A DNA stretch of 64,000 bases, taken from assembly GCA_040954595.2 (NCBI GenBank), contig CM082594.2, positions 11,920,985 to 11,984,984 of the forward strand, in the 5' to 3' direction. Below, piece after piece: positions 51,520 to 64,000 of the stretch (position 1 is the first letter of the stretch; every line of letters starts with the position of its first letter). The notes under the pieces were generated by a model that was not told the DNA's origin, searched no databases, and saw only the letters and a list, made by a program, of their open reading frames with translations. Position numbers and translations under genes: made by a program. This DNA comes from Balanoglossus misakiensis. Its lineage: Eukaryota > Animalia > Hemichordata.

Positions 51520-54500
51520 CCTCTGTAAACAGCTCCAAAACACAAAACCCTCCCAGTACATGAAATTACTTAAATTTGGGCCTTCATAAACAGGCTTCAG
51601 ATTTTCACAGTATAATAAAGTAACTTGGATCTGATCGAGCTGCCAACAGCGCATTAAAACATTTTCAGTCTTCCACATTTGTGACGTCACGTTCTAGTAC
51701 CATATTCAGATTTCTATGTTGCCTACAGAACGAACATAAAATTGTTGTTATGATAGAAATTAATGTAAAACTCCAGCCTTTATTGTCATGAAACTGAGCA
51801 GAATTCAAAACATGGAACTGCAAATGTTTTTTTGTGGCAGCAGATTAACGTGCAGAACATATTCAATAGTGCCACCATCATTTAATTAAATTGAATTTCT
51901 CTGTGCAAATCACTTAATATGTTAGACATTGACAAAGGGCAACCTCTCGTAAAATCCACGTTGTCATCATCATCGTGAAGCTTCCGAGCAGATCGTCATT
52001 TACTACCATCCATACCCTAAATACTGCATGCTTCCCAGGACCTTCTCCCTGAACTATGAACTCTAACAGACAGTTATGTGTGGTCGCAGTAACCCAGAAG
52101 CCAGGTTTGATAAACAAAAATGGGTTATTTGCCACAGTTCGAGCCATCAACGACAACTGGAAATGCAATGCTTCAAGTCTGGTAGCAAATCCTAATGGGT
52201 AGCATTTTTACCCCAAGCTTCTTCTTTGACTTGTGGCTTGTCACTCCGACTTCTTGTTTAATGACTTTGGGATCTCATAACTTCAAGGTTACCCGGTGGC
52301 ATATGCATATTAAGAACATTCATTGGTCTAAACAAGGTCACATGATGTCAATTTTATTATACTCTTCGATGTAATGAAATTCAAGGCTGTGATATTGTTA
52401 ACCGCAGTTTTGAGAAGTCGGTCTCGGCATGAAACATGAGTCTTTGGGTCAGGTTAGCGTACACGTTCAGATTGATTGCTTGATTCCTTTTGTTGATAGT
52501 ACTGGTCATTGTCAATGTCACAAAAGAACCGATTTATGGGGATGTCACACACTTTGATAGTTTCTCCTATCGAAACAAGATTGAGCATCAAATACTTAGC
52601 CACATTTTCGCCCTACGTTGAAAACTTGCAGTCAAGCATCCGACACATTTCTGACTTATTACTCTGCGCTTTGCTCCTATTGCAAAAATATCGCATACGC
52701 AGTCATTCTTCGGTGGACCCCTTTGGCAGGTAGAGTTAATCTCACAGAAAGGAAACGATAGAACGTATTAAAAGATGAAAACTTTGATTTTATAAATATC
52801 TTATACCTTTGCAGATCATCCTGATCATAGCAAGAACAACAAACAAATAGTGTAATAGTTATATTCATAGCCGACTCACGATGCAGAGAAGGTTTCCGAA
52901 GTGGCCAGTAAACTTCGTGTTTCATCTAATGAAACCATAGAAAAATGTCAATTTGCATTCGAACCCATATCTGTTCAGCATGAGGATCAAAGCGTATTCT
53001 AAAAAAATTGCATCTCCACTGGTTATATCAAAGCACTGACATGTTTATTGTTCTTTGTATGAAAGTGTTTACTTATTTTGGATTTTTCTACATACGTTAT
53101 TATATTTGTCATAAAATGTACATTTCTTCCCAGATGGTCTTTGACCTGAAGCTCTAGTCTAATACTCGTCTTGCCTGAACACATTTGGTGTAATTTGAGC
53201 GTACACTCCCACATGTCTTGCACATGTAATACTAATAGTATTTTGAGCAGTCACAAAATAATCAATATTCTTGGATTATAGATGCATGTGGGAGAGTTTG
53301 ATTACGACCGAGTGAAACAATAAGAAACTGGATTGTTTGGGGATCACAAAAATTATTATATAGACGAACACTCAAATCCACCTAAAGCAATGTTTTTATC
53401 ACACAGCGCTAGCACTTCTGAGAATCAGATTAACGTGTGATCCTTCAAATCTGTTGCTAGGCAATCTTTTGAAAGTGAAAATTTTTATATTCTTTCCGGC
53501 TAGAATGCAATAAAGAATTTTTGAAGTTTTTTGCGCTTGTTACAAAACATAATCATAAACATGTTTGTGTGATGTGTCTCTCTAATATGATACCCTTGCA
53601 CATCCTTATATTTGAGCCAAGGTAATTTAAAAGCCCACAATAGCGAGGTGCTTGAATTTCTGATATGTTTAGAATAGAAAATGTATAATTTTCTGTTCTT
53701 TCCACAAGGATCGTGATTTTTTAGGACTTGAGATTGGCCTCTTTACTCCAGTGTTCAATTTTTGATACTTGAAGCTGTTATCTGCATTGGAGCTTCAAAA
53801 TATGTGCATTGCATGCCTTACAAATAAGAGGCATTTGAAATACCAACATGGGGTGATAGGATGTTCAGACTGAAGCCCTGTCTAGTTGATATATGTTCAG
53901 ATTTGTTTTTGTAATGTATATGACATTTAATGACACACATGCATTGGCTTTAAAATGCAAGAGTATGAAAACATGTTGAGGCTTTTTTTTTATTTAGTGG
54001 TGTTTGTTCGTTTGCCTGCGGTGAGCGGGTCACCTCAATTCTGTCCAATCAACTAATTGCATGCCTTGGAAATGCTGGTGTTTTGTGAGCTCCATTGCTG
54101 ACTTAGATTGTAATCTGCGCCATGTAATCTTCCAGTAGTTTCAGGCCCACCTTTCTCGAATCACCGTATAGCTATAGTCGTGCTCAATTAGGATCAAACT
54201 TTCCTCTTCGTTTCGGTCGCTTACAACTGCAGTTTAACTCACATCAGTCTAATCGATGGTGAAAACGGGCATAATGATATTGCCCAAAGCTAGTGCTATA
54301 CTGCGGAGCCTGTATATAAGAAAAACGTAGTTGTATGGCCAGAGCAGCAAGGTTACCGCATTTGTCCTGTGTACATTCTTAAGTCGTATGATTACATTTC
54401 AAGATCAATAAAATGCAGAAGACGTAAATCATCCCGGAACGATAATCAAACTTGATTTGAAAAAAGGCAACATGTCAGAGAAAGGCCAAGGCCGCAAAGG

Positions 54501-57500
54501 TGAAAAGACGCATGCTTGAAGCAACAGTAATAAATTTGGATTTTTTGGATTCCATTTGCATTGACACTCTCCATTCTGTATTACACTGCAAGTTTCTTAG
54601 CATGACCTTCAAGTCAGTAGTAGAAAACTGAAAGGTCCGGGCATGCGCATAAACAAAAGTCCACTGGCCGTGCATAACCTATCGTCCATTACATCTCTGT
54701 CACATATCGTCTAATCCCATTCAAGTCAATCAAACTTTAGCCTCAATCAAACATCAGAATGACTGCCATAAAATGCATTAATTAGGTCACTTAAATGTGA
54801 TTTATTTGAAAAATTACATTGCCTCCAGAGTTCAAGGCATTGACAGAATCCACTTCTCATAAAAATCACTATTGGTGATAAATAATATGTGACTTTTATT
54901 TGCCAGAGTAATTCTACTGTTGTCTAGAGGTGGGTCGCTGAAAAATTGCCACGTTTTGATGAAGAGGCTGTCCGAATAAATATGATAGCCATATTGTGGT
55001 TTTAAAATGCCTTGCAGCAGGCTATATGTATTAGCGATATTAAATGTAGACTACAAGTCACCTTTGGGTCAACCATCACGCATGCATATAATGAAATACA
55101 TCTTGTCAGGCAGTATCCGTGGTATTTTTAGTGGTATTTATTTGCTCCAGTATTGTCCGATAGTTAAACATACACGTTTTCCTTATTAGGAACTGCAAAG
55201 TGTGTCTAGGTTCCCAATTTTTATATCAGGGCAACGATAGTGTGTTTCCTACAGTGATGAGTGATAATGATGGTGATAGATTAATTTGTGGTAGATTGTA
55301 ATTAATAATAAACTGTCGATATGATGAAATTACAATCAGGTGATTAATGCGGAGAACAAAAATTCATTTGTTAGGTGGAGGAAAACTAATAATATGATAT
55401 TATATTTTACGAGAAAGCAAGAAATGGTCAACATATATTCAGTGATGATATTGAGTGTAGTGTGAGCTTTTTTAACTCAGTATTATCATTTAACTGTGTT
55501 CTGCACACTATCATTAAACAGCCTGAGTGAAGCAGTCAAACACGCACGGTATACGGAAGTTGATGTGTTGTTCTTTCCTTATGTCTGAATGTGTTTACTA
55601 CAAGCGTTAACTAAATGAATTGCCCTGTGAAATATCATAAAATATTACCTCTGCAGTAAAAGCACGGTTAAAATGAGGAAAAAATGAATGGCACTATGAT
55701 GACAAGAGCATAATTAACGAGAAAGCAAAATTGCAATGAACCTTATATCCGTATTGAACCGTCTACTGTTATCGACTTCAATGCACTCACTGAGCGACTG
55801 ATACAGGCAGAAACGTGCTTTGGCCAAAGTTCGTGTAGATATGCAGTCTTGAATTTCTGGAGCGCGGAAAAAACTATGTTGGTCATTCAGACACCAACTC
55901 ATCTCAGTGTCTATAAGCACAGTGTATAAAGTAAAGCAATCTAATCCCCGGAATAAAAAAAACCAACTCTCTTGACATGGCCTGTTTCATAAAATATCTT
56001 TGCTGTCAAAACCATAAATATCAATCAAGATCTTTGCCATCATGATTTGAGGAAACATTAGCGTCAATAGGTAAATGGACTCATCACGACAGAAAAAGAA
56101 ACAGCGGAATATAAAGTACACCTTCTCTGGATGGCATCACATTTCTGTTTTGCTCTCATTCTGTCAAAGTCCTGGATGCTACAGACATTGAGGATCAAGA
56201 TGTTTACAAATTTAACGCTCTATTTTTTTATCAGGTTCGAGTCCTGTATCATGGCAACTTGAACATTAATTATTATTCCAAATCTCTTTATCTCAATGGG
56301 ATGTCTTTTCGCTAACTAATAATAATTGAATTCCCGTCTACTGATATTCTCTCAGAACTTGTGGTTATCATTTTATCACACCAGTAAATCATACAACTAC
56401 TGACCATGCAGCATCGCTGGATTTTTCAAATGCATCAAGCCTTGCAGGGAATTCAATTTCTTTGGGTGTGAATACTAAAAGCAATACTGCTCTATTGTAA
56501 AACAACTTTGCTAAACCCATCAAGAACATTCAGTATAAATGCTGCAGCAAAACTGCTTGCCATCAACATTTATTTTACAACTTAAGGATTATATTGCGGC
56601 TTGTCTGTAGGCCTAAAATATAACTGCAAACTGAGCCAGCTACCTCAAGTTTGATCTGGGGTTTTCCAGCATTTTGAACACTGACATTTGCAAATAGGCT
56701 CGAGGAGAAGTGAACTTGGGTCTTTTATGATGATTGAAGACAATGCAAAACCTAAAGTGGGCGCCGTGAAGGGAATACATGACCACACTATTTTCAGGCC
56801 TCTACAGCTGGGGTATTACACAACACCTGCAGTTTACTCTGAGCATACAGTATCGCGCCAAAGTCATCCCCTTGTCAACCCTTAACTGACAGAACCTTTC
56901 TCAATGTCTACACTCAAATGTGTGTTTACACTACATTGATGCTCTGGGTGCACATAGTGGAGAGAGAAATGCAAACCTGAAACAGTGACCTGACAATTTG
57001 CCAGGTCGAACAGATGTGGCAACACTGTCTAAAACACCTTTACATTTCTAGTCTCATTTGATAAAGAAATATGAGTGACTAACTGCGATACTTGATTGCC
57101 AAAAGGTGATGCTAGTGTCATGCCATCTGCATGTATTATTGATAAGGACACTGCATATACTTTCTGAACGAATGTTGTGGGTAGTGAGTCAGAATAATCA
57201 GACGATAATGGATTGATTCATTGGTGACCTGTTCCCTTCCCATTGTTATTTCATCCATGACAATTAACCGTGTATATTTTATAACTTGCCCTCACACAGA
57301 TAATTCTTATGTATCATTTAGCCTGGATAATGTAGAATAAGGTATTTGACCCAGAAAGGACATGTCTCGTGATATTCTTCTATTTCTATATTTTTAAATA
57401 CAAAGTTTACGCAGTATATGTCTTAGGCCATATATTATATGCATTCATCTTTTGTGTGCTTATAATTTGGACGTGTTTGTATATTTTAATAAAATAACTG

Positions 57501-57599
57501 AATTAACTATAAAAAGTGTATTTGGCTATGGAAGCAATATCCATATGGTTGCCACTAATAAGCTACTTTCAAGACAGAGCTAGCCTGGCTCGTGGAATA

Positions 57600-57800
57600 A
57601 TGTGCGAAGTGATTGGCATTTTCCAGCTTGAACAAGGCAGAGTTGTAATCGGGATAAACAGCGAACCATAATTGCTTTTTAAGATATTACCTGATCAGTG
57701 TCTCACAGAACGTTTCGTATATTTAAACGTGTATAATGGTTCAGATAAAATAAGGTTTCCAAAATGCATAACTACCTCTGCATCGAGATCCATCTAACTA
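57600..57800 (-). pseudogene. Possible decayed deaminase-fold segment (DxE...PCxxC type)
   Basis: A single frame with one stop: MDLDAEVVMHF...*...YGSLFIPITTLPCSSWK. DAE at 57784-57776 and PCSSW at 57637-57623 (TGG is one change from Cys). Confidence 0.3.
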
Positions 57801-59872
57801 CTGAAATGTGCTCTTTTGCATTCGTTGCGGTGTTGAGGTACCTTGAGCAGATGACAACATAATTATTTTGCCATTTTATCTTTAGTTAAGGGCTTTCTAT
57901 TCAGTCAATCGTATATCCCCAGGATTGGAGAAAAATGTGTTGTCTGCATGGTTGACGCCATCACGGAAAATGGCGATGTGAGCCAATCATGTGAGACTCA
58001 TAGATCAATTCCATTTGCCAATTTTGAATGTACAGAACCTTTCTTGAACTTGTCCTATACAGCTAGAGTTCGCGCAAGAATACCCCATAATGGCATTTAT
58101 ATGCACCATGTTTTGCGATATGATGCAGTGTATCCACTCACCAGCCATTTAAAAAGTGAAAAAAATTAATTTAAAATGACATCATATATAAGCATATATA
58201 TATAAGCTTAGGGAGAAAGACACATCATCATGTCACTCTTCCATTCCATCTTTGTTGACTCACTGCTCTAATGTTATAACTCTGCTAATAGGAATACCTT
58301 AGTACACATTGGTTTTTCCCCTATCATACGCATGGATGATATGAAACGTTACTGATAAAGCCTTACATTATGGCTAATTACCACCGCCAACCTTTTAGGG
58401 TATAGGTCACTGCTGTGTATGCAGGTATATATAATGACATCCTACTTTTTGTGACCTGGTGGTATTTGTGCGAGATAGCCGAACCTCCTGTTAAGCCGGT
58501 TTATCTTAAGTCTTGATAAGGATAGGCAGATTTGGTAGGCATATGGTTCTTACTCCGTGGGCATTTGCAAACTTATGAATACTGCCAAGGGAACAATAGT
58601 GCTAAGAAAACGCAATAACACACATTCCTTGCAGCGTTTTATTTGGCTGGGGGTCACATCAACATGACTTCATAGGAGAGGTTGAAAGAAAATTAGCATC
58701 ACAAGGCAATCTAAGATCAGATTAAGTTATTTCTGAAAAGGTACTTGACGGACATATTGTTTACTATTACTTTTGTCAGGGTGTTGCACTTTTGTAAAAT
58801 AATTGCTTCTTCTGGATTAAAATGTCATTTCATTTAGAGTATGGTCACTGTATGTAACTGCTGGCGATTTTGCAATATGCATATGTGCATGCACACGTTA
58901 AATATCAAACGTTTCCAACACAGAATTGGGATCTTGTCTACAATTAAATATACTTTTTGAGGAGATAACAAGTATTTTACCCAATCAAACAATATATCAA
59001 CCTGTTACACTGCATGTTCACATTGGATGAGAGAATTTGCAAAGTAGTTTCATGCTTCACAAACTGACGTCATTCTGAAATTGCCTGCAGCTCTTACACT
59101 TAACGCGATGAAAGCAATGGGAAGATGATTAATGCAAAACAGAGATGTCCTAGGGCATATGCAATATTTTGGAAATGAGTTCTGAAGTTGTTGTAAGCAC
59201 TAAATATTGATAAAAGTAGATTGATTTCTTCACCGGCAATCTGTCGTTATCATTTATTAATGGCCAGCCTAGAAAAGCAATTTGTCGCTACGTGGTACTA
59301 ACTCTGACATTGTGCAAATATACTTTTAACATCTATCGTAGAACCATTACATTTAATGACTAAATTTTAAATATTTGTTAGGTCGTTGTGATCGTTATTA
59401 ACATTTGGAATGTCCAGAAGCCCTTGCGTAGCCGGCAAGTTTACGTCATCATCATTGGTGATTCAAAGTCTTATCAGTTCATATGATGTTTATTTACTAT
59501 TTTTCCAAGAAAGTGTGATTTGAAGTTAAGAACAGTAAGAAATAAACGCAAACGATAAACGCAAACTTCATAATGTTAAAGTTATGATAGATTCATGTTT
59601 ATATAATGTAGTTTGGTATGAGATGTTACCTAGGGAATGAAGAACTATCAAATATCAAATTTCTGTCAGTTCTTTAACGCATAATACCTTTAAATTATGC
59701 ATCCTTAGAAATAGGAGATCTGGAATTGTATCCTCCAAGGATCGGAGATCATAAGGCAGATGTTCGTCTACCCGCTGACTGAATAAATTGGAGTGTACTG
59801 TCCCCTGCAACATTGACTAATATGTAATAACGATAATGATGTGGACTACTGCTAAGAAATACAAACATATTA

Positions 59873-60051
59873 CAGTCAAACCTGTCTATAGTGGCCAGTC
59901 AAGGGACTTTACCAAACTGGCCTTTATAGACAGGTGGTCTTTATAGACAGGTTAATTTATACACGTGTAAATTGCACAGGGACTGTAACTAAGTGGTCAC
60001 TATATAGAGGTGGTCACTATATAGAGGTGGTCACTAACACAGGTTTGACTG
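59873..60051. mobile_element. 179-bp Tc1/mariner (pogo/Tigger-like) MITE
   Basis: TA|CAGTCAAACCTGT ... ACAGGTTTGACTG|TA, with internal 17-bp subterminal tandem repeats (gtggtcactatatagag). Confidence 0.9.
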
Positions 60052-61799
60052 TAAACATTTTCAGGAATATCTTTACAACACATATTCGAGATAAGCATTG
60101 CACTAAAGAAAGAGCGACATACAAACCTATTATCTTACAGGTGCATCAATTTTATTTTATTCCACAAAATATAAACGTAAAAAGTCATGACGTTTTTGGC
60201 ATATCTCACATCGTTTCCATTACTGGCACTAGTAATCAAACAGACGACAAAGCATATGCCATATCTTATAGTGCTAGGTTTTGCAGTGATCACATCCGAT
60301 CCTTTAACATGAACATTCAGAGATGAAAAACGCTTTTATCGCTCCCACCGAATGATAAAGGTCAAGGCTATCATGCAAATATACGGCTAAAAAACTACAT
60401 GGCGACTTTAAAATGATTAATTATTCAGTGGTCTTGAAATGAGTTACCCATATGCGAAAATTACCCTATCAAACCAGACTTGTTGCTATCAACACATCTT
60501 GGCTAAGTTAATATATGACCATTTATCAAGTCTACTAAAAGTATTTTATTACGAGAGGCCAATAGACTTATTGGCCCTTGGATGGTTCAGATGAATTTAA
60601 TCTGTCATTTTACTGTGCAAACTCTTAAGAGACACTATTAATTAATGTCACATAACCTTTTAACATTTTAAATGGTTTCATATTAATAGAGGTTGCCACA
60701 CTTATCATAAATTGTGTAAAATGACTTAGTAAAATCTGTGTTGTGTCACAGATGCTTTTTGTGAACACTATAATTACTTATACATGTAACAAGAAGAAAT
60801 AATATTAAATGTCTCAAAAACTTCAATATGATCAAGTCTAGATAAGACTCTGATATGACTGTTATTTGTTGATATCACCAGTACGCATAGAATGAATTCA
60901 AATGTCAATCATCAAGGTATACATGTAACTCACTTAATAGGCGACCGTAATGTTCTTCAATGTGGCTCTCACACAGAGACCACCGTGAGTCTGAAAAGCT
61001 TCAACTTGTGAGATGCCGTCCATCAAACAGAAATGAGAATTGAAAAGCAAAAAAACCTACAAATTTAAGGGAATGCAATGTTTTGGAAGAATCACAGTAG
61101 ATTGACAAAAATGTCTTCCTAGTGGTGAATATGGGTAATGGTAATAATGAAGTTTGAGTTCTATTTTTGACTCTATATTTTATGTTGCAGCCATTTGACA
61201 AATATAGCTGCTTAAATTTTAAACAGCCACAGTCAAGGGGCCAAAGGTGAAACAATTAAGTGATCATATAACAGTGGAGTTTATAAATATTATAGGGTTT
61301 TGTTTTGAACTTCGGTTATGATAGGCTAGGAAAATTGCTATGCGTCGACACAGTGACAGTTGAGAAAGTTAAAGTTATGCATTAAAACATAGTTCAACAA
61401 CCCCACATATGCATTACTCTACAGGAGGGTCTTGATTCACCTTCTGATCAACAAATACTTATTGAATAGGAACGTAGCTAAGTATATATCCAATATATGG
61501 TCATGTAATAATTCGACATAAAACATCTTATTCCCCATCACAGCCTTTTGCGTCGCTCCACTTGCCTGGTCAACCGCACTAGTGACATCAATAGGGGTTA
61601 CCGCAGTCTGTGACGAAAGGGTAAAGTAAGAATTGTTGACGCACTGATGAAGTTAATACCACTGAGTGGAATACAGACTGTGCGTCTTGTCCCCTAAAGG
61701 CATAGGTATGCTTCAACAGAATTCACATTCCTCTGTGTACTGTATGGCCTGTCAAACTATTGTTGATATAAAAGGGTGTATTGATAGTTCTTGGCTGTG

Positions 61800-62240
61800 C
61801 ATTAACGTCAATATAAATTATATGAACACGAAAACATTGAAACAACCAGTATTTGCCAGGGTTTAGTAAGTATTTTTAAAGTCCCACGCAACTTCTCGAT
61901 TCAAATCATTATTTAGAGAGAACCAAATTAGCTCAAATGAACCAACTTCTGCATGGAAATGGACGCTTTGGTTAACATTATTGTATGGTGCCGCTTGGTT
62001 GCTAGATGAGCATTTCTTATCCAAGACTATCACAGATTTCAGGACTCGATTTATTAAACTGTACCCACACTGTGAACTGTCATAAAGACTTTCGTCTGGA
62101 ACTCAAACAGTGTGACCCCTGTAGAATTTAATATATTGTTACTAAACATCTTTAAACTAAAACGTTTGTGTGGCACACCGAAATATAGTAGTTTACGCCT
62201 TACCATGTCTGTGGCATTCAGATATTAAACAAATTATTTT
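61800..62240 (-). pseudogene. Deaminase-fold pseudogene, apparent distant paralog of the 38.7-kb relic
   Basis: Minus strand reads ...GVTLFEF / ...VLKSVIVLDKKCS...SVHFHAEVGSFELIWFSLNNDLNREVAWDFK / ILTKP(C)ANTGCF. HAE is exact at 61955-61947; a PC-x4-C can be restored at 61861-61842 with frameshifts, ~28 residues after the E. Confidence 0.45.
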
Positions 62241-63554
62241 GGTTACGGCCAGATGATAATGCACTTTCGCACGGAGTCGATCGTAAAATGTATTCACATG
62301 CCAGATACCCAGAAGCTGTATAAACATCTTAATAAGATATGCACAACGATTTTAAATGTACTTTAAGATGTTGCTGATTCGAGTAGGTTATGCGACACCT
62401 CTAATAGAAATACATTGTCCAAAAGTATTGAGTTTAGATCTGAACAGAAGTGGTAAGAGGGATTCTGTGTTCTCATATTGATTTCTTTGCAGTGCCATCC
62501 TTTAGAGCTTCCCGCATACCATTTGAAATAACTTGTATTGATTTATAGTCTGATGGAGGCTTTTGTGGATCATACACATTCATGTCCAGGAAAGTTACAT
62601 TCCATCACAACTTTATTGATGCCTAGGCAATGTCCAATGTTTCATCTTAGAAATATCGAATGAGCTTTCAAAGTAAAGCTTGCATTGTGAACCACACAGC
62701 AAGCGTCTTCCCAGGGCCATAACCAAATTACAGGCGATACTTGTCTGTTAACAAATCAGATGAATGGATGGTGTGGCAAACAAATACAGAGATCAATGTT
62801 AATAAGCTTTCATAAAAATCTTTCACAGCATAGTCCAAATTGCATGCATGCGTTAATGCGTTCTGTCGACCATTTATTACGACAGGTGGTGGTCATTTTG
62901 CTATAGAGAGTGTTTTCCCACGAACTTTACGCACGCCTTTGAATGGTACAACAAAACCGCTATTTAGAGATACAACGATACAATGTTCGTCATGTAAAAC
63001 GTTAACATGTTACGCCTAAACATGGAATGTATCTACTGCAACTTTATTGCACAATTTCTTTTACTTGGCATACTTGGTTATAAATGTTTGTGGTATAAAC
63101 TAGATGGTTTACAGTTGTGCATCTCTAAAGTTTTTTTACACCGAAAATTGAATCAATACACACAAAATTGGTTTTTATCTAGAGTAAGTGTCACAAGGTA
63201 GAGTCTTCACGGGATGTTATTTAATCTTGGTTTTGTGGCATTTCGTAATGGCTATATCAGGACTATGGCTAGCCTTTGCTAGTATAAGATGATGGATTGT
63301 AGACTGATGCAAATTAAGCTGTATGTTCTGTTTGGCTGCTAATAATGTTGATGATTAATCAACTGTGGTAATCTGTAGACTAATTGATGGATTGGTCTTG
63401 AAAATGATGTATGGAGCGGTCCCCACACAGAAAATGAATATATTTACTCGCTCTTCTGAAGGGGTAAAGGTCAAAAACACGCGTGGGTATTGCTATGTCA
63501 AACATTTTCATTTGTCTTGTTCACATGTTTTATTCACGTGTACTTCCTGCATGG

Positions 63555-63693
<139 letters not shown>

Positions 63694-64000
63694 GGCTTGT
63701 TATAGTCAACAATAAATGTGACCAGTTAGCTTGCTTCTATAGTGGTTGGGTGATCTACTTATTGTCAATATTATGTGATGCTTATGAAAATTGTGAAAAG
63801 ATGCCTGGCTGGGCGAATTGGGGATGGAACATAGACTCAGACCCATTCCTGTGCTAGATCCAGCGGTGCAACCATACAGAAACAGATGGAATTATGATGT
63901 TTACGGTAGATCAGTGGCAGGTGGTGAAGCATTTATCGGAGTTATTCCTTGCTCGTAAAAAGTAACGAAAATAGGAAATTAATTCGCCATTCACTTGTTT

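Noticed and set aside
56232-56246. tRNA T-arm/B-box-like CAGGTTCGAGTCCTG
   Set aside because: No A-box, D-arm or acceptor stem around it; not a tRNA, at most SINE debris.
59382-59490. Candidate GC exon 2 (VVVIVINIW...)
   Set aside because: Wrong phase for the phase-1 donor, ends in a stop, and lacks conserved exon-2 motifs.
59985-60036. Short direct repeats suggestive of a CRISPR-like array
   Set aside because: Head-to-tail 17-bp subterminal repeats of a Tc1/mariner MITE, no spacers; eukaryotic context.

Overview
AT-rich, intron-dominated eukaryotic genomic DNA, most likely from a marine invertebrate (inferred from repeat types and gene content; the species cannot be determined here). Only two clearly intact coding segments are visible, at 11692-12391 and 44771-45464, both on +. 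They are paralogous, about 35-40% identical by eye-alignment, and are first coding exons of natriuretic-peptide-receptor-type membrane guanylyl cyclases: a signal peptide plus the N-terminal part of an ANF_receptor ligand-binding domain. Both end at the same phase-1 donor (CGC A|GTAAGT). I could not recognise any downstream exon (rest of the ectodomain, TM, kinase-homology, cyclase) in the 32 kb between them or the 18.5 kb after the second. This suggests a protocadherin/UGT1-style array of alternative 'variable' ligand-binding first exons spliced to shared constant exons outside the window; this is a hypothesis. The spacer DNA contains many decayed coding relics with an innate-immunity flavour. 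There are up to five zinc-dependent deaminase-like remnants (two resembling AID/APOBEC-like proteins), DEATH-fold and SRCR-like remnants, and a possible MFS transporter remnant. Also present are several non-autonomous DNA transposons (TTAA/Kolobok-type, TA/Tc1-mariner-type and one with a 9-bp TSD), a Penelope-like retroelement 3' end with its hammerhead ribozyme, a second truncated hammerhead, a foldback with tandem G.A mismatches, and microsatellites. All domain assignments are by-eye motif recognition; no searches were run.
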